A stretch of 64,000 bases of DNA. Origin: Macrostomum hystrix (Eukaryota > Animalia > Platyhelminthes). The position numbers and the translations under genes were made by a program. The DNA lies in contig CATNEN010000038.1 of assembly GCA_950097015.1 (NCBI GenBank), forward strand, positions 27,838,001 to 27,902,000, given 5' to 3'. Below are positions 37,301-49,313 of the stretch, piece by piece (the stretch's first letter is position 1; every line of letters begins with the position of its first letter). The notes beneath the pieces were generated by a model. That model worked only from the letters and a program-made list of their open reading frames with translations. It did no database searches and had not been told where the DNA came from.

Positions 37301-40300
37301 CAATCCCCGAACTCCTAAATCATCCCGAAATCTGCCAATCTTTTCTCAAATCTCCCAATGAATCTACAAATCTCCCAATCTTTCCTCAAATCTCCCAATC
37401 CATCCACGAATCTCCCAATCTTTCCTCAAATCTCTTGATGCATCCACAAATCTCCCAATCTTTCCCCAAATCTCTTTATCCATCCCCAAATCTCCCAATC
37501 TTTCCCCAAATTTTCCAATGCATCCCCCAAATCTCGCAATCCAACCAACAGATGTGAAGTATTCCCACACGCGCATGTTGTGTATACTCAGTGCTTATTT
37601 GCTGATATGCTAATCCCACAGCTTAGGTAGGCTTATTCTTCTAGACGTATAATTTTCCTGTCTTGCATAAACTGCTTTCAGTTTTTTTTGTGTTCCTTAA
37701 CCCACACACCCATAGCCAGTCAACTGATTCTTGTCTGAAAGCACGCTAGGGGAGATAGACAGGTGGGATTGTACCTAGCTTATCATCAGCAACTAGAGGT
37801 AAAAGTTTAACTAAGCGAGCAAATTTCTTAAATTTTCCTTGCTTAGCGATGCGTCCCTAACTTCGTGTGGTTTTTATCGCTTGCTTCCAGGCTGATTCGC
37901 GTAGCTTTTTATTATTTACTCAGTAAAATCACCATGCGTTATATTTCCACCTCCCTGGGAGAAGACCACGGAATTATTTCAAATACCAACTGAAAGCTTC
38001 ACGATAATAATAATAATAATAATAATTGCAGGAGGGCTGCGGGCAATGGCACATCGTTTAGTGACACTAGACCCGCAGCCAGCGAGGAGGCAATTCTGCC
38101 CATCTCGCTGACTCCTGAGCACACCCACAGATACTTTACGCAGGCATACGCACACACAGTTGTGTACATCTGCCCTGACTTTCTCATTGCCAGGCAGTGT
38201 ACACTCTCACTGTGCCTTGGAGGTTGGCCCTCAATGGCTTAAATTGCACGACAAGCCCCAAGCATTTTCTCCGCGGCTGCGCCCCAAATAAATGTGGCCT
38301 CGCCGTGGAATCGAGCTCAGCGACCTTGGTGCAAGAGACAAACGCGTTAACCGCTCTGCCACTCATACTCCCTGGGTGTTCCCATAGTTAACTAATCCAA
38401 TCCTCTAGAGGATCGCCTGAAAGTGTACAGTGGTCTGACAAACCTGAGCATCCGCGTAGGCCTTGGCCACATCGGCTGGGCCCAGCTGAGCAGTCAGCTC
38501 ATCCCAGCCTGGCACCAGCTCGCCGTTGGCCACCTCATCCAGCGGCGTGCCCCAGCGAACGGCTCTCGAAGCTTTCATGGCCAGCAGTAGATAAGTCCGC
38601 AGTTCCGCAGTTCGCTGTTGTGCCTTTAGCCTGTCTGTGTGCTTCTCAAACACCGGCCTAGAAGCGATCTCGTCACCCAAGTAGTCCAACGGCACTCTGG
38701 CATCCTCTGGAGAGTTTAGGTAGGCCACACACTGATGCCAGGCAATCTGGCCCGTGTCAACCAGGCAGCTGGCCGCATCCGGATCTCCGGCCGCCGTCGA
38801 AGTCATATCAGCCACCGCGGCTGTCCAGGACATTGCGGCCAATCTTTGAGCAGTCGAACAGTCTGGTACAACGCGTTCAAAAATATTCTCAAAGTTCTGT
38901 CGATGGCTGAACGCCGATCGGATAGGGCCTCGCGACGCAGGACGTGCAGATGGCGATCGAACCGCTCTGCCACCGACCCTCCATGCTTCACGAAGCTACC
39001 AAACCGAATGACTGATTTTCGTGAAAGTCCACCATCTGACTCTAAATTTCCTCCCTATACGATGAACTAACTTTCAAAGCCTTCCGACGTCAGCATCGTC
39101 GAGATATTCAGCGAATCTTGTCGAAGACCCCTGGTGACACGGAATACTAACATTGCGAATCAATACTGGTTTAATTAAAAATTAACAACATAAGCACTAC
39201 AATATGATCAACAGTAATAAGCGACATCTTTACATGATGAATTTTTATGATAAGAAAATTGATGCCTATCTTGGTCGTGTTTGCCAGCAGACAATACGAC
39301 GAGAACCGTTGAATATCTCGACGATGCCTATGTTTTGTGATTCTGCAAGTTTTTACATCGATAGAGCGGAAATTTTAGCCTACGTTCTGCTTTTTCATGG
39401 CGATTGGTTTTGGGCAGTATTTTGGGCAATATTTTGGGAGATATAGCAAAAACCCGGGCATTTGAAATACCGCCTGGACTTTGTACTGTTAATTTACTGT
39501 TTACATTAAATCGTTTATCCGGTGTACATAAAGATGTACATTGAATAAAAAAATTCATGTGCGATTCGTGCATCTAGGGTGTACATGAAACAGTACATTA
39601 AATCGTAAACTTTAAAATTATAGTAAATGTACAATAACTAGCGTAAATTCTAGCGAACCGTTACTTGTACACGTGGACTGTGTCTTAGCAACGGAGCCAT
39701 GGGAAAGATTGTGGCGTACATTCTACCGTACATGAAAGCATCAAACGTTCAACTTGCAAGCCGACACATTAGGCAACGATTCAAAGTTTACTATAGCCTT
39801 AGTGCCTTGTAGGCTATAGCCTACGTGGTTGTGGCCTAGTGTCTAGAGCGTCCGACACACGAATTAAAGGTCAGGGGTTCGATTCTCGACTCCATTAGAA
39901 CAAATTGTTCGTCCATTATAGCGAGACACTTAACTCTGCATTGCTTCAGTTTACTCAGCTGTTAAATGGGTAACTCGAAATTAGCTGGGCTAATTGAGGC
40001 TGGGTATGGCGTCCCCCCCAGTCCATGGACTGAACAACAGTACGCAGCCTTCAGTTGCAATAGCTGCGGTTGTGCTGTCTGTCACACATCTGGCCTAACT
40101 GCAGGGCAGATGAAACGAAAATAATAAAGGTGTCATATTAATAATAACTAATATAATTAAGTATTACCAAACTACCGCGCTCTCGACAGGTGAACTTGGA
40201 CAGCACCACCCGCCTGACAACAATCAACTCAATGGGTAGCATTGACAAGCACCTATTCGAGCAGGCCCAGAAACGCATCCAGGCCCTGATGGAGAAGGAC

Positions 40301-40429
40301 TCGTACCAGCGCTTTCTTCGCTCGGAGGTCTACCTGTCCCACCTGAACAGCGGCGGCGGAGTCCGGTCCAGAGATCATCAGTATCATCAAGCGGCTGCGC
40401 CAAGTAGTCAAGCCGGAAAAAATGATTAA
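28084..40429 (+). CDS. Regulator of G-protein signalling (RGS domain). Exons 28084-28563, 29155-29288, 31631-31791, 33853-34019, 40190-40429
   Basis: Spliced RGS box [48 protein letters not shown]...IYNEFVAFQAPRE/VNLDSTTR...FEQAQKRIQALMEKDSYQRFLRSEVY. Intron phases 0, 2, 1, 0 are consistent; the two 5' exons are less certain than the RGS exons. Confidence 0.9.
28770..29073. repeat. 29-bp intronic repeat (gaatgtacacttgaacagagggttagaaa)
   Basis: About 10 units. Confidence 0.95.
29340..29770. repeat. ~19-20-bp repeat (tctcactctacttatctcc)
   Basis: Degenerate tandem units. Confidence 0.88.
30337..30925. repeat. 15-17-bp purine-rich repeat (agtagggtgagagac)
   Basis: Tandem units. Confidence 0.93.
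31930..33722. repeat. 34-bp intronic satellite (ggaggagatgaaatggtagacaccctgaaggata)
   Basis: About 50 units; the 572-aa minus-strand ORF is a repeat translation. Confidence 0.96.
34040..34820. repeat. 19-20-bp G-rich repeat (gggagatttggggatggact)
   Basis: Tandem units; an inverted relative lies at 37300-37545. Confidence 0.94.
35675..36762. repeat. 20-bp satellite (agattgtgataacagtggat)
   Basis: About 54 units. Confidence 0.96.
37300..37545. repeat. Degenerate 20-bp repeat (aaatctcccaatctttcccc)
   Basis: Reverse-complement relative of the 34040-34820 array. Confidence 0.8.
38005..38370 (-). mobile_element. SINE family A, full-length copy
   Basis: A-box TGGCAGAGCGG, B-box-like AGCTCGATTCC, (ATT)n tail. 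Confidence 0.9.
38405..38959 (-). pseudogene. Captured coding fragment of unknown gene inside a TSD-bounded insertion
   Basis: GC-rich frame open from 38959 to the stop at 38405 (~185 codons), with a donor-like cag|gtttgt near 38443; enclosed together with the SINE by the 9-bp direct repeat gcttcacga. Confidence 0.55.
39825..40130 (+). mobile_element. tRNA-derived CORE-like SINE
   Basis: A-box TGGCCTAGTG, B-box GGTTCGATTCT, then gagacacttaactctgcattgcttcagtttactcagctgttaaatggg resembling the CORE/MIR central domain. 3' limit approximate. Confidence 0.7.
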
Positions 40430-41657
40430 CTTCTCGTACGAGTATATATAAATAGGTAAAATTCAAATGATAATTGTGCAGTTTACTTAGACACGGCTAT
40501 ATCAGAGCGTGTTGCTGTCTTTTTTGTTTACATGTTTTGTCTGTTTATAAAATTTATTTAATAAAAAAATATTTATTCACACAGCTAGCTTGCATATTGT
40601 CCAATCCCAAGAAAACAAATTATTAATTCTAATGACTATTCGACTGCATTAATAATATTTCAAACTAAGTACATCCCGCCTAACGGGTGACTTTACTGTC
40701 TAACTACTATAGTTATTTCACTATCTAACTGGAATAACAATTAATTAGCAAACAAATATATAGAAGTCGAAAACATTAGTAGTTTTAATTGTAATTATTT
40801 ATTAACATAGCAGTCCGGAAGACTTTCTCAAAAGTAAAAATTTAACAAAAATATGTGCTTTGCGAGCTCATTTAAAAATAATTCTTAAAACAATTTATCG
40901 TTTTGTCTAAGACTTAAAGGTTAAAAAAGAAATTACATTTATCATTAGTGCTTTCATGCCAATTTAATCAAAAGAGCATTATATGGTCAACAAACCTGGC
41001 TAATGTTTACAAAAATCGTTATACATATACTCGTACTACACACGATTGGCACTGGGACTTGTGCGCTATGATGGCGTGCAGCTAGAATTAAATTTATTCA
41101 ATCATGATCGCTTTTGTATTCTTCAATTTAATAATGAATAACGACACGTTTGACGATTTCTTTACCTATATATTTTTCGAAAACAAATTTCTGTGTTTTC
41201 TTAAACATTAAGTTTACATTGGTCTGTTTACTTTGCTCACTGTTTTACTGATTAGGATACTGTTAATATTTTGAAACTATAAATTTGTCCATTTGAAAAA
41301 ATGCTCAAAGTATATAGTTGGACTCCCGGAGTTAATTAAAATGCGCCTGAATGTTTCTTCCAAGAAAAACATATTTTTGTGTTTATAGCGAATTTAACGC
41401 AGTAGTTAGATGCTACTGATGAGTAGTGAAATTCGTTTAAATCTAATTATTTGCTACATTATATAAACGTGTTGTTTTGATATATTGATTCCAAAAAACT
41501 AATCATATATTACAAAACCTTCGGTTCATCGTCGTTTTTTTCAGAAAACCAATTTCAGAAACTGTATTCTGTACTTCTATAAATTAATAAAACTATAGCA
41601 TAATAAATTCAATTTAAAAAGAACAAAAAATATGTGTAATGAACTTCTATTTTCATT

Positions 41658-42000
41658 TCACCTTTACCAAATATGAAATTTTGCTTGTTTGTTTGCAAAT
41701 ATTTGTTCGGGACTATCTCCCGAAAGGATCACCCGATTTTTCTTCGTTTTTTCGCCAAAAGATGTCAAACGGCCATAAATCGGTTCGCGTATTCTTATCA
41801 ACCTTTCTTTATTGCTAAGAGAATTAAATATTCGAAAAACTGTTTAAAATAGGCTTTTCTGATGCATTAATGTATTCAACTTGCGCACAATAAGGGCTCC
41901 ACTGCCAATTTTATTGAATCCATAAAAGCCAGTTTTAAACTTCGAGCGCACCGATTAGAACTTAATGGAGGCCCGACGTAGGTTAGCGAAAGGCAGCTAG
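41658..42000 (+). mobile_element. Short non-autonomous Helitron related to 54308-63600
   Basis: 5' part homologous (tctcccgaa.gg.tca.ccgatttt...ccaaaagatg...attgctaag...attaaatattcgaaaaac); ends with a GC-rich stretch then CTAG|T. 5' limit approximate. Confidence 0.65.
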
Positions 42001-42189
42001 TTTTATTCTAAAAATCTACATTGATCGATATTTTACAGCACCTAGTGTTGTTGTAAGATTTCGATTGGCAGAATGTAAAATATGACTGTTATATTAAGGA
42101 AAGTTTCAGAATCTGTACTTCTTCTATTAACTTCTCGATTAGATCGAAAGTTCCGTCAGATAAAGAGGGTAATCATATCATTTAATTAT

Positions 42190-42590
42190 ATGTCAGCTCA
42201 ACAAGCACCGGTGTGTCAGCTCAATAGATAAAGGTGTGTCAGCTCAATAGATAAAGGTGTGTCAGCTCAATAGATAAAGGTGTGTCAGCTCAATAGATAA
42301 AGGTGTGTCAGCTCAATAGATAAAGGTGTGTCAGCTCAATAGATAAAGGTGTGTCAGCTCAATAGACACGGGTGTGTCAGCTCAAAAGACACGGGTGTGT
42401 CAGCTCAATAGACACGGATGTGTCAGCTCAATAGACACGGGTGAGTCAGCTCAATAGACACGGGTGTGTCAGCTCAATAGACACGGGTGTGTCAGCTCAA
42501 TAGACACGGGTGAGTCAGCTCAATAGACACGGGTGTGTCAGCTCAATAGACACGGGTGAGTCAGCTCAATAGACACAGGTGAGTCAGCTA
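42190..42590. repeat. 23-bp repeat (gtgtgtcagctcaatagacacgg)
   Basis: About 17 units. Confidence 0.93.
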
Positions 42591-42598
42591 TTTGGCCC

Positions 42599-43177
42599 TT
42601 ACTTACTTAATTAATTGCAGGGGGGCCTGGGGCACTTGACGCACAAGCGCAGGAACGGCATGCCCCCAGGCCGGCGAACTAGGCGGGAGTCGCCCATCGC
42701 GCCATCTGGACCCCTGGACACAGGCACCTCACACACAGCCGCAAGCCAAGCGGGGTAAGGGGGCGGCAGCCGGAGTGCCTCTCACCCCAGGCCCGCACAC
42801 GCACAGAGCAGACCAAACCAGGGGAGGACTTAGATGCCTGAAGGGTAGGGACGAGAGGACCAAGCCACACGCGCAGACGGCTGGTGAAACCTCGCCGCTC
42901 AGAGCACGCATGGCTGGTGCACACCCGCCCCACCCTTCATACAACGCCTCACACCCGGCCCAACGCACAAACGCAAACACAAACAAGCAGGCATGCAGAA
43001 GGCAGGGGTTAAGCTATTTAAATTAGCTTTGGCTGCATAGAATAAGGTGCATCTCCGCAAGTCACTACTTGGCAGACCCCCAACTAAGCCCCGAAATAAT
43101 CGTGACTTGGAGGGAGGAACGAACCAGCGACCATTGGAAAGTGAGGCAGCGACATTAGCCGCTGATCCACTCACCCC
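42599..43177 (-). mobile_element. tRNA-derived SINE, family B (~580 bp)
   Basis: 14-bp TSD cagctatttggccc (42585-42598, 43178-43191); head GGGGTGAGTGGATCAGCGG...GGTTCGTTCC; tail ccctgcaattaattaagtaagtaa. Confidence 0.82.
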
Positions 43178-43632
43178 CAGCTATTTGGCCCAGCGTCAGA
43201 TGTAAATGAAAAACATGTTTCGAATTTTCTGGCTTTAGAAACAGTCACTAGCCTCCATAAATATTCTAATGAAATGCAGCTGCGAATAGTTGGTAAGATT
43301 AGAATTATAATTCTGTCGAGCTATAGCGCGCAAATAGCAAACGCGGCTCTATCTTATGGTTAATAAACTCGAATCGAATATATCAAGACGCGTGTTTTTC
43401 AAAGTGCATATTTGCCAGTAGATTGGTCGGCTTTGTAAGGCAGAGAGTGGGCGCCTATTTGCCTTATTTCGTATTCTAAAATCATTATCTTATAGTTTCT
43501 TATCTAGACACAGGAAGGCAACCGTAGCTAATATATAGATTGGCTTGTGTTTGTGCAGCTAAAGCCACGTAGACAGATAGAGATCGAGATATATACACAC
43601 ACACAGGGGACTTTTTTTAGAGTCGTTTCAAC

Positions 43633-44004
43633 ATGAGCAAGCCAAATGAGCAGCCGCCAGCGTATCAGCAGCAGCCAGTGGGTGGCTACTATCCTCCTCT
43701 ATCTCCTGAGCAGCAGCAGCAGCCGGGGCCTGCTGGTTACCACGCAACAAGTGTGATCATCACTTCACCGGTGGTGTTTCGAGAATTTCCAGTTAGCATG
43801 GTCTGTCAGCACTGTCATTGTCACATGAGTACCCAGGTTACCATGGAAACGGGAGTGTTGCCGTGGCTGGCGTGCGGTGGTTTGGCTCTAGTGGGCTGCT
43901 GGCTCGGGTGCTGTCTGATTCCGTTCTGCATCGACGGCCTGAAGGACGCCGTCCATACGTGTCCGCATTGCCACCGGATAGTCGGGCAGTACAAGCGAGT
44001 GTGA
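43633..44004 (+). CDS. LITAF: LITAF/SIMPLE-domain protein, copy 1 (123 aa, intronless CDS)
   Basis: PPAY motif; PVSMVCQHC, hydrophobic GCWLGCCLIPFCID, LKDAVHTCPHC. Confidence 0.93.
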   Translation: MSKPNEQPPAYQQQPVGGYYPPLSPEQQQQPGPAGYHATSVIITSPVVFREFPVSMVCQHCHCHMSTQVTMETGVLPWLACGGLALVGCWLGCCLIPFCIDGLKDAVHTCPHCHRIVGQYKRV

Positions 44005-44524
44005 CATGAAGTCAAAACTGCTGAAACTAAACAACTATTTGTCTGTGGCTAAACTATGTGGGCCTGTTTAGAGAATTGCTGCCTTTAACGGTAGAGAAAT
44101 ACCCTATGAGGGTATTTCAAACGGAATCTTCCGATCGAAATTAACTAACTTTCAAAGCCGTCGGACGTCAGCATCGTCTGGTAGCTTCTTGTTAGTATTT
44201 TAAAACGGTACTTTAATATTTTAAGAGATACAGAAATATTTGGGTATTTAAAAATACTCCAGCGCTCTTGCTACTGTTTAAATGGAATTCCTGTTATTTA
44301 TTAATCTTTAATCCGATCTTATCAGTCAAGCTAGACTAATAGAAAGTTTACCTAGTAGTCTAGCTAAAAATTGAAACTTTTTTATTCAAGACTTTATAAT
44401 ATTATGTACGCAAGGTAACACTCAATACATTTTCCCCAGATTTAAAAATAAAAAATATAACTTTTAAATAAATAATTCCCTACTATTGCTGCTTCGAGCT
44501 GGTAGAAAACTGTTCTGTCACGCC

Positions 44525-46120
44525 ATGTCTAACAGAATGGAATCATGTCTAACTGAATGGAATCATGTCTAACTGAATGGAATCAAATCTAACAGAATGT
44601 AATCATATCTAACAGAATGGAATCATATCTAACAGAATGGAGTCATATCTAACAGAATGAAATCTTATCTAACAGAATGGAATCATATCTAACAGAATGG
44701 AATCATATCTAACAGAATGGAGTCATGTCTAACAGAATGGAATCATGTCTAACAGAATGGAATCAAATCTAACAGAATGGAATCATGTCTAACAGAATGG
44801 AATCATATCTAACAGAATGGAATCAAATCTAACAGAATGGAATCATATCTAACAGAATGGAATCATATCTAACTGAATGGAATCATGTCTAACAGAATGG
44901 AATCAAATCTAACAGAATGGAATCATATCTAACAGAATGGAATCATATCTAACAGAATGGAATCATATCTAACAGAATGGAATCTTATCTAACAGAATGG
45001 AATCATATCTAACAGAATGGAATCATGTCTAACTGAATGGAATCATATCTAACTGAATGGAATCATGTCTAACAGAATGGAATCAAATCTAACAGAATGG
45101 AATCATATCTAACAGAATGGAATCATATCTAACAGAATGGAATCAAATCTAACAGAATGGAATCATATCTAACAGAATGGAATCTTATCTAACAGAATGG
45201 AATCATATCTAACAGAATGGAATCAAATCTAACTGAATGGAATCATATCTAACAGAATGGAATCATATATTCTAACAGAATGGAATCATATCTAACAGAA
45301 TGGAATCATGTCTAACTGAATGGAATCATATCTAACTGAATGGAATCATGTCTAACAGAATGGAATCATATCTAACTGAATGGAATCATGTCTAACAGAA
45401 TGGAATCATGTCTAACAGAATGGAATCAAATCTAACAGAATGGAATCAAATCTAACAGAATGGAATCATATCTAACAGAATGGAATCATGTCTAACAGAA
45501 TGGAATCATATCTAACAGAATGGAATCATGTCTAACAGAATGGAATCAAATCTAACAGAATGGAATCAAATCTAACAGAATGGAATCATGTCTAACAGAA
45601 TGGAATCATATCTAACTGAATGGAATCATGTCTAACAGAATGGAATCATGTCTAACAGAATGGAATCAAATCTAACAGAATGGAATCAAATCTAACAGAA
45701 TGGAATCATATCTAACAGAATGGAATCATGTCTAACAGAATGGAATCATATCTAACTGAATGGAATCATATCTAACAGAATGGAATCATATATTCTAACA
45801 GAATGGAATCATATCTAACAGAATGGAATCATGTCTAACAGAATGGAATCATATCTAACAGAATGGAATCATGTCTAACAGAATGGAATCATATCTAACA
45901 GAATGGAATCATATCTAACAGAATGGAATCATATCTAACAGAATGGAATCATATCTAACAGAATGGAATCATGTCTAACAGAATGGAATCATATCTAACA
46001 GAATGGAATCATATCTAACAGAATGGAATCATATCTAACAGAATGGAATCATGTCTAACAGAATGGAATCATATCTAACAGAATGGAATCATATCTAACA
46101 GAATGGAATCATATCTAACA
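44525..46120. repeat. 20-bp satellite (tctaacagaatggaatcata)
   Basis: About 80 units. Confidence 0.96.
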
Positions 46121-46804
46121 ATCTATATTTTGCATGCAAATCCGTGAACTGTAACATGGCAGTTTTGGTTCTTTTACTACTGAATTACAGTTACAGCTAC
46201 TGATAATTTGTTAATCTGAAGAAGAATCTAACACAGAAGAAGAGCTTTTGCTTAATTTGAAATGTATCTTGTTTTAACTAACAGTTTAAGTGAATTAGTC
46301 AGCATATAAAATATATGATTGTATAAGTCACAAAATTAGCTTATATGTTAAACTTCCTACTGGCAACTTGTAACACTATACTGTAGACTGTAGTGCATAT
46401 ACCTCGTTGGTGCAGTTAAGGAGGCATGACTTATAAACAGTAAGTGGTATTTATTTTCTAAATTTTAACATAGTGAAATAAGCGAGCTACTGTAAATCTT
46501 GATGTCTGTTAAAAAGTGACAAGGTCTTGTACGGATATAAACTCCTAACATTGTCATCGAAAAATCTTTGCGAGTGCATGAATATCATTCCTGTTAAAAC
46601 CACAGCGAACACTGAGTGATTGCCATAAAAACATGTTTAATTACTGAGTGACAATATAATATTTTAACAGCTCGAAAATTAATAATCGTAGCTAAATCTG
46701 ATTTGTTGTTTTTAAGGACGTTCTTTCCGGATAATTCTGTGACAAATAGATGGACAGCCTTATCATACAAATATATGATAGCTGTTTCCTGAGTAATCTG
46801 TTTC

Positions 46805-48640
46805 GTGTCACCCCACAATCAGTCACTCCTCTACCTCAGCTGTCACTCCACTGGCTCTCCTGTCACTCCACTGCGTCTCCTCTCACTTCACTGCCTCTCC
46901 TGTCACTCAACTGCCTCACCTGTCACTCCACTGGCTCACCTGTCACTCAACTGACTCACCTGTCACTCCACTGCCTCACCTGTCACTCCACTGCCTCACC
47001 TGTCACTCCACTGCCTCTCCTGTCACTTCACTGCCTCTCCTGTCACTTCACTGGCTCTCATGTCACTCCACTGCCTCTCCTGTCACTTCACTGCCTCTCC
47101 TGTCACTTCACTGGCTCTCATGTCACTTCACTACCTCTTCAGTCACTCCGCTGCCTCACCTGCCACTCCACTGCCTCATCTGTCATTCCGCTGCCTCTCC
47201 TGTCACTCCACTGCCTAAACTGTCACTCCACTGCCTCACCTGTCACTCCACTGCCTAAACTGTCACTCCACTGCCTAAACTGTCACTCCACTGCCTCTCC
47301 TGTCACTCTACTGCCTCTCCTGTCACTCCGCTGCCACTCCACTGCCTCTCCTGTCACTCCACTGCCTCACCTGTCACTCCACTGCCTCCCCTGTCACTTC
47401 ACTGCCTCTCCTGTCACTTCACTGGCTCTCATGTCACTCCACTGCCTCTCCTGTCACTTCACTGCCTCTCCTGTCACTTCACTGGCTCTCATGTCACTTC
47501 ACTACCTCTTCAGTCACTCCACTGCCTCACCTGTCACTCCACTGCCTCACCTGTCACTCCACTGCCTCACCTGTCACTCCACTGCCTCACCTGTCACTCC
47601 ACTGCCTCTCCTGTCACTCCACTGCGTCTCCTGTCACTTCACTGCCTCTCCTGTCACTTCACTGGCTCTCATGTCACTTCACTACCTCTTCAGTCACTCC
47701 ACTGCCTCACCTGCCACTCCACTGCCTCACCTGTCACTCCACTGCCTCTCCTGTCACTTCACTGGCTCTCATGTCACTTCACTACCTCTTCAGTCACTCC
47801 ACTGCCTCACCTGTCACTCCACTGCCTCACCTGTCACTCCACTGCCTCACCTGTCACTCCACTGCCTCTCCTGTCACTCCACTGCGTCTCCTGTCACTTC
47901 ACTGCCTCTCCTGTCACTTCACTGGCTCTCATGTCACTTCACTACCTCTTCAGTCACTCCACTGCCTCACCTGTCACTCCACTGCCTCACCTGTCACTCC
48001 ACTGCCTCTCCTGTCACTCCACTGCGTCTCCTGTCACTTCACTGCCTCTCCTGTCACTTCACTGGCTCTCATGTCACTTCACAACCTCTTCAGTCACTCC
48101 ACTGCCTCACCTGCCACTCCACTGCCTCACCTGTCACTCCACTGCCTCTCCTGTCACTCCACTGCCTAAACTGTCACTCCACTGCCTCACCTGTCACTCC
48201 AATGCCTCTCCTGTCACTCCACTGCCTCTCCTGTCACTCTACTGCCTCTCCTGTCACTCCACTGCCACTCCACTGCCTCTCCTGTCACTCCACTGCTTCA
48301 CCTGTCACTCCACTGCCTCCCCTGTCACTTTACTGGCTCTCATGTCACTTCAGTGCCTCACCTGTCACTTCACTGCCTCACCTGTCACTCCACTGCCTCA
48401 CCTGTCACTCCACTGCCTCTGCTGTCACTCCAATGCCTCACCTGTCAGTCCACTGCCTCCCCTGTCACTCTACTGCCTCACCTGTCACTCCACTGCCTCA
48501 CCTGTCACTCCACTGCCTCTGCTGTCACTCCACTGCCTCACCTGTCACTCCACTGCCTCACCTGTCACTCCACTGCCTCTGCTGTCACTTTACTGCCTCC
48601 CCTGTCACTCCACTGCCACTGCTGTCACTTCACTGCTTTT
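46805..48640. repeat. 20-bp satellite (tgtcactccactgcctcacc), array 1
   Basis: About 90 units; the 672-aa ORF is a repeat translation. Confidence 0.96.
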
Positions 48641-48941
48641 TTCATCACTGCACAGTAGTCGCAATCCTTTGGTTCAGAATAATATTTGGTTTCATTGTTT
48701 TGACACGTTGGACTTATGTTAAAGTTTTTTCAAGTGCAGCGCAATGTAGAGGCAAATGCAGGAAATGAAAGTGCCCAATTTCAAAGCAACACGTTGCAGA
48801 GTTGCAAAACATCTGCCCAATAGTTGTTTACCTCGTGCTTATCTCGCCTGAGTCTAGTCTTTTAAGAGCATTTTAAAACTATAAAATTCTGAAACAAAAT
48901 CTTGACAATGCCGCAAAGTTTTTAATTCAAATTTCTGCAAC

Positions 48942-49313
48942 ATGGATGACAAGCAGTGCAACATGAGCTTCGCAAATAACTTGGCGCCACTGCCGCCTCC
49001 ATATCCTCAGCAACAGCAGCAGCAGCCGCTGACCTGTGAACCATCCGTCATCGCCTTCCAGGTCGTCAATGCTCCGCCAATAGTGTTTCGCGACATTCCG
49101 GTGAGTCTCGAGTGTCCACACTGTCACAAGTGCGTCACCACTTTGGTTACCATGACAACCGGCACCCTGCCATGGCTGGTGTGCAGCGGGCTGTTTCTGA
49201 TTGGCTGCTCTCTGGGCTGCTGCCTGATTCCGTTCTGCATCGACGACCTGAAGGACGCCACGCACAGCTGCCCGCAGTGCACGACTGTAATTGGCGTTTT
49301 TAAACGCATGTGA
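48942..49313 (+). CDS. LITAF: LITAF-domain protein, copy 2 (123 aa)
   Basis: PPPY motif; PVSLECPHC...GCCLIPFCIDDLKDATHSCPQC. Confidence 0.93.
   Translation: MDDKQCNMSFANNLAPLPPPYPQQQQQQPLTCEPSVIAFQVVNAPPIVFRDIPVSLECPHCHKCVTTLVTMTTGTLPWLVCSGLFLIGCSLGCCLIPFCIDDLKDATHSCPQCTTVIGVFKRM

Noticed and set aside
41388-41438. Hammerhead-like core (ctgatga...gaaa)
   Set aside because: No stem II and stem I does not pair properly.
46750-48768. 672-aa Cys/His-rich ORF, and similar ORFs at 172, 1080, 1979, 22949, 30329, 31895, 50774, 53491, 56671 and 62428
   Set aside because: Translations of stop-poor tandem repeats, open in several frames at once.
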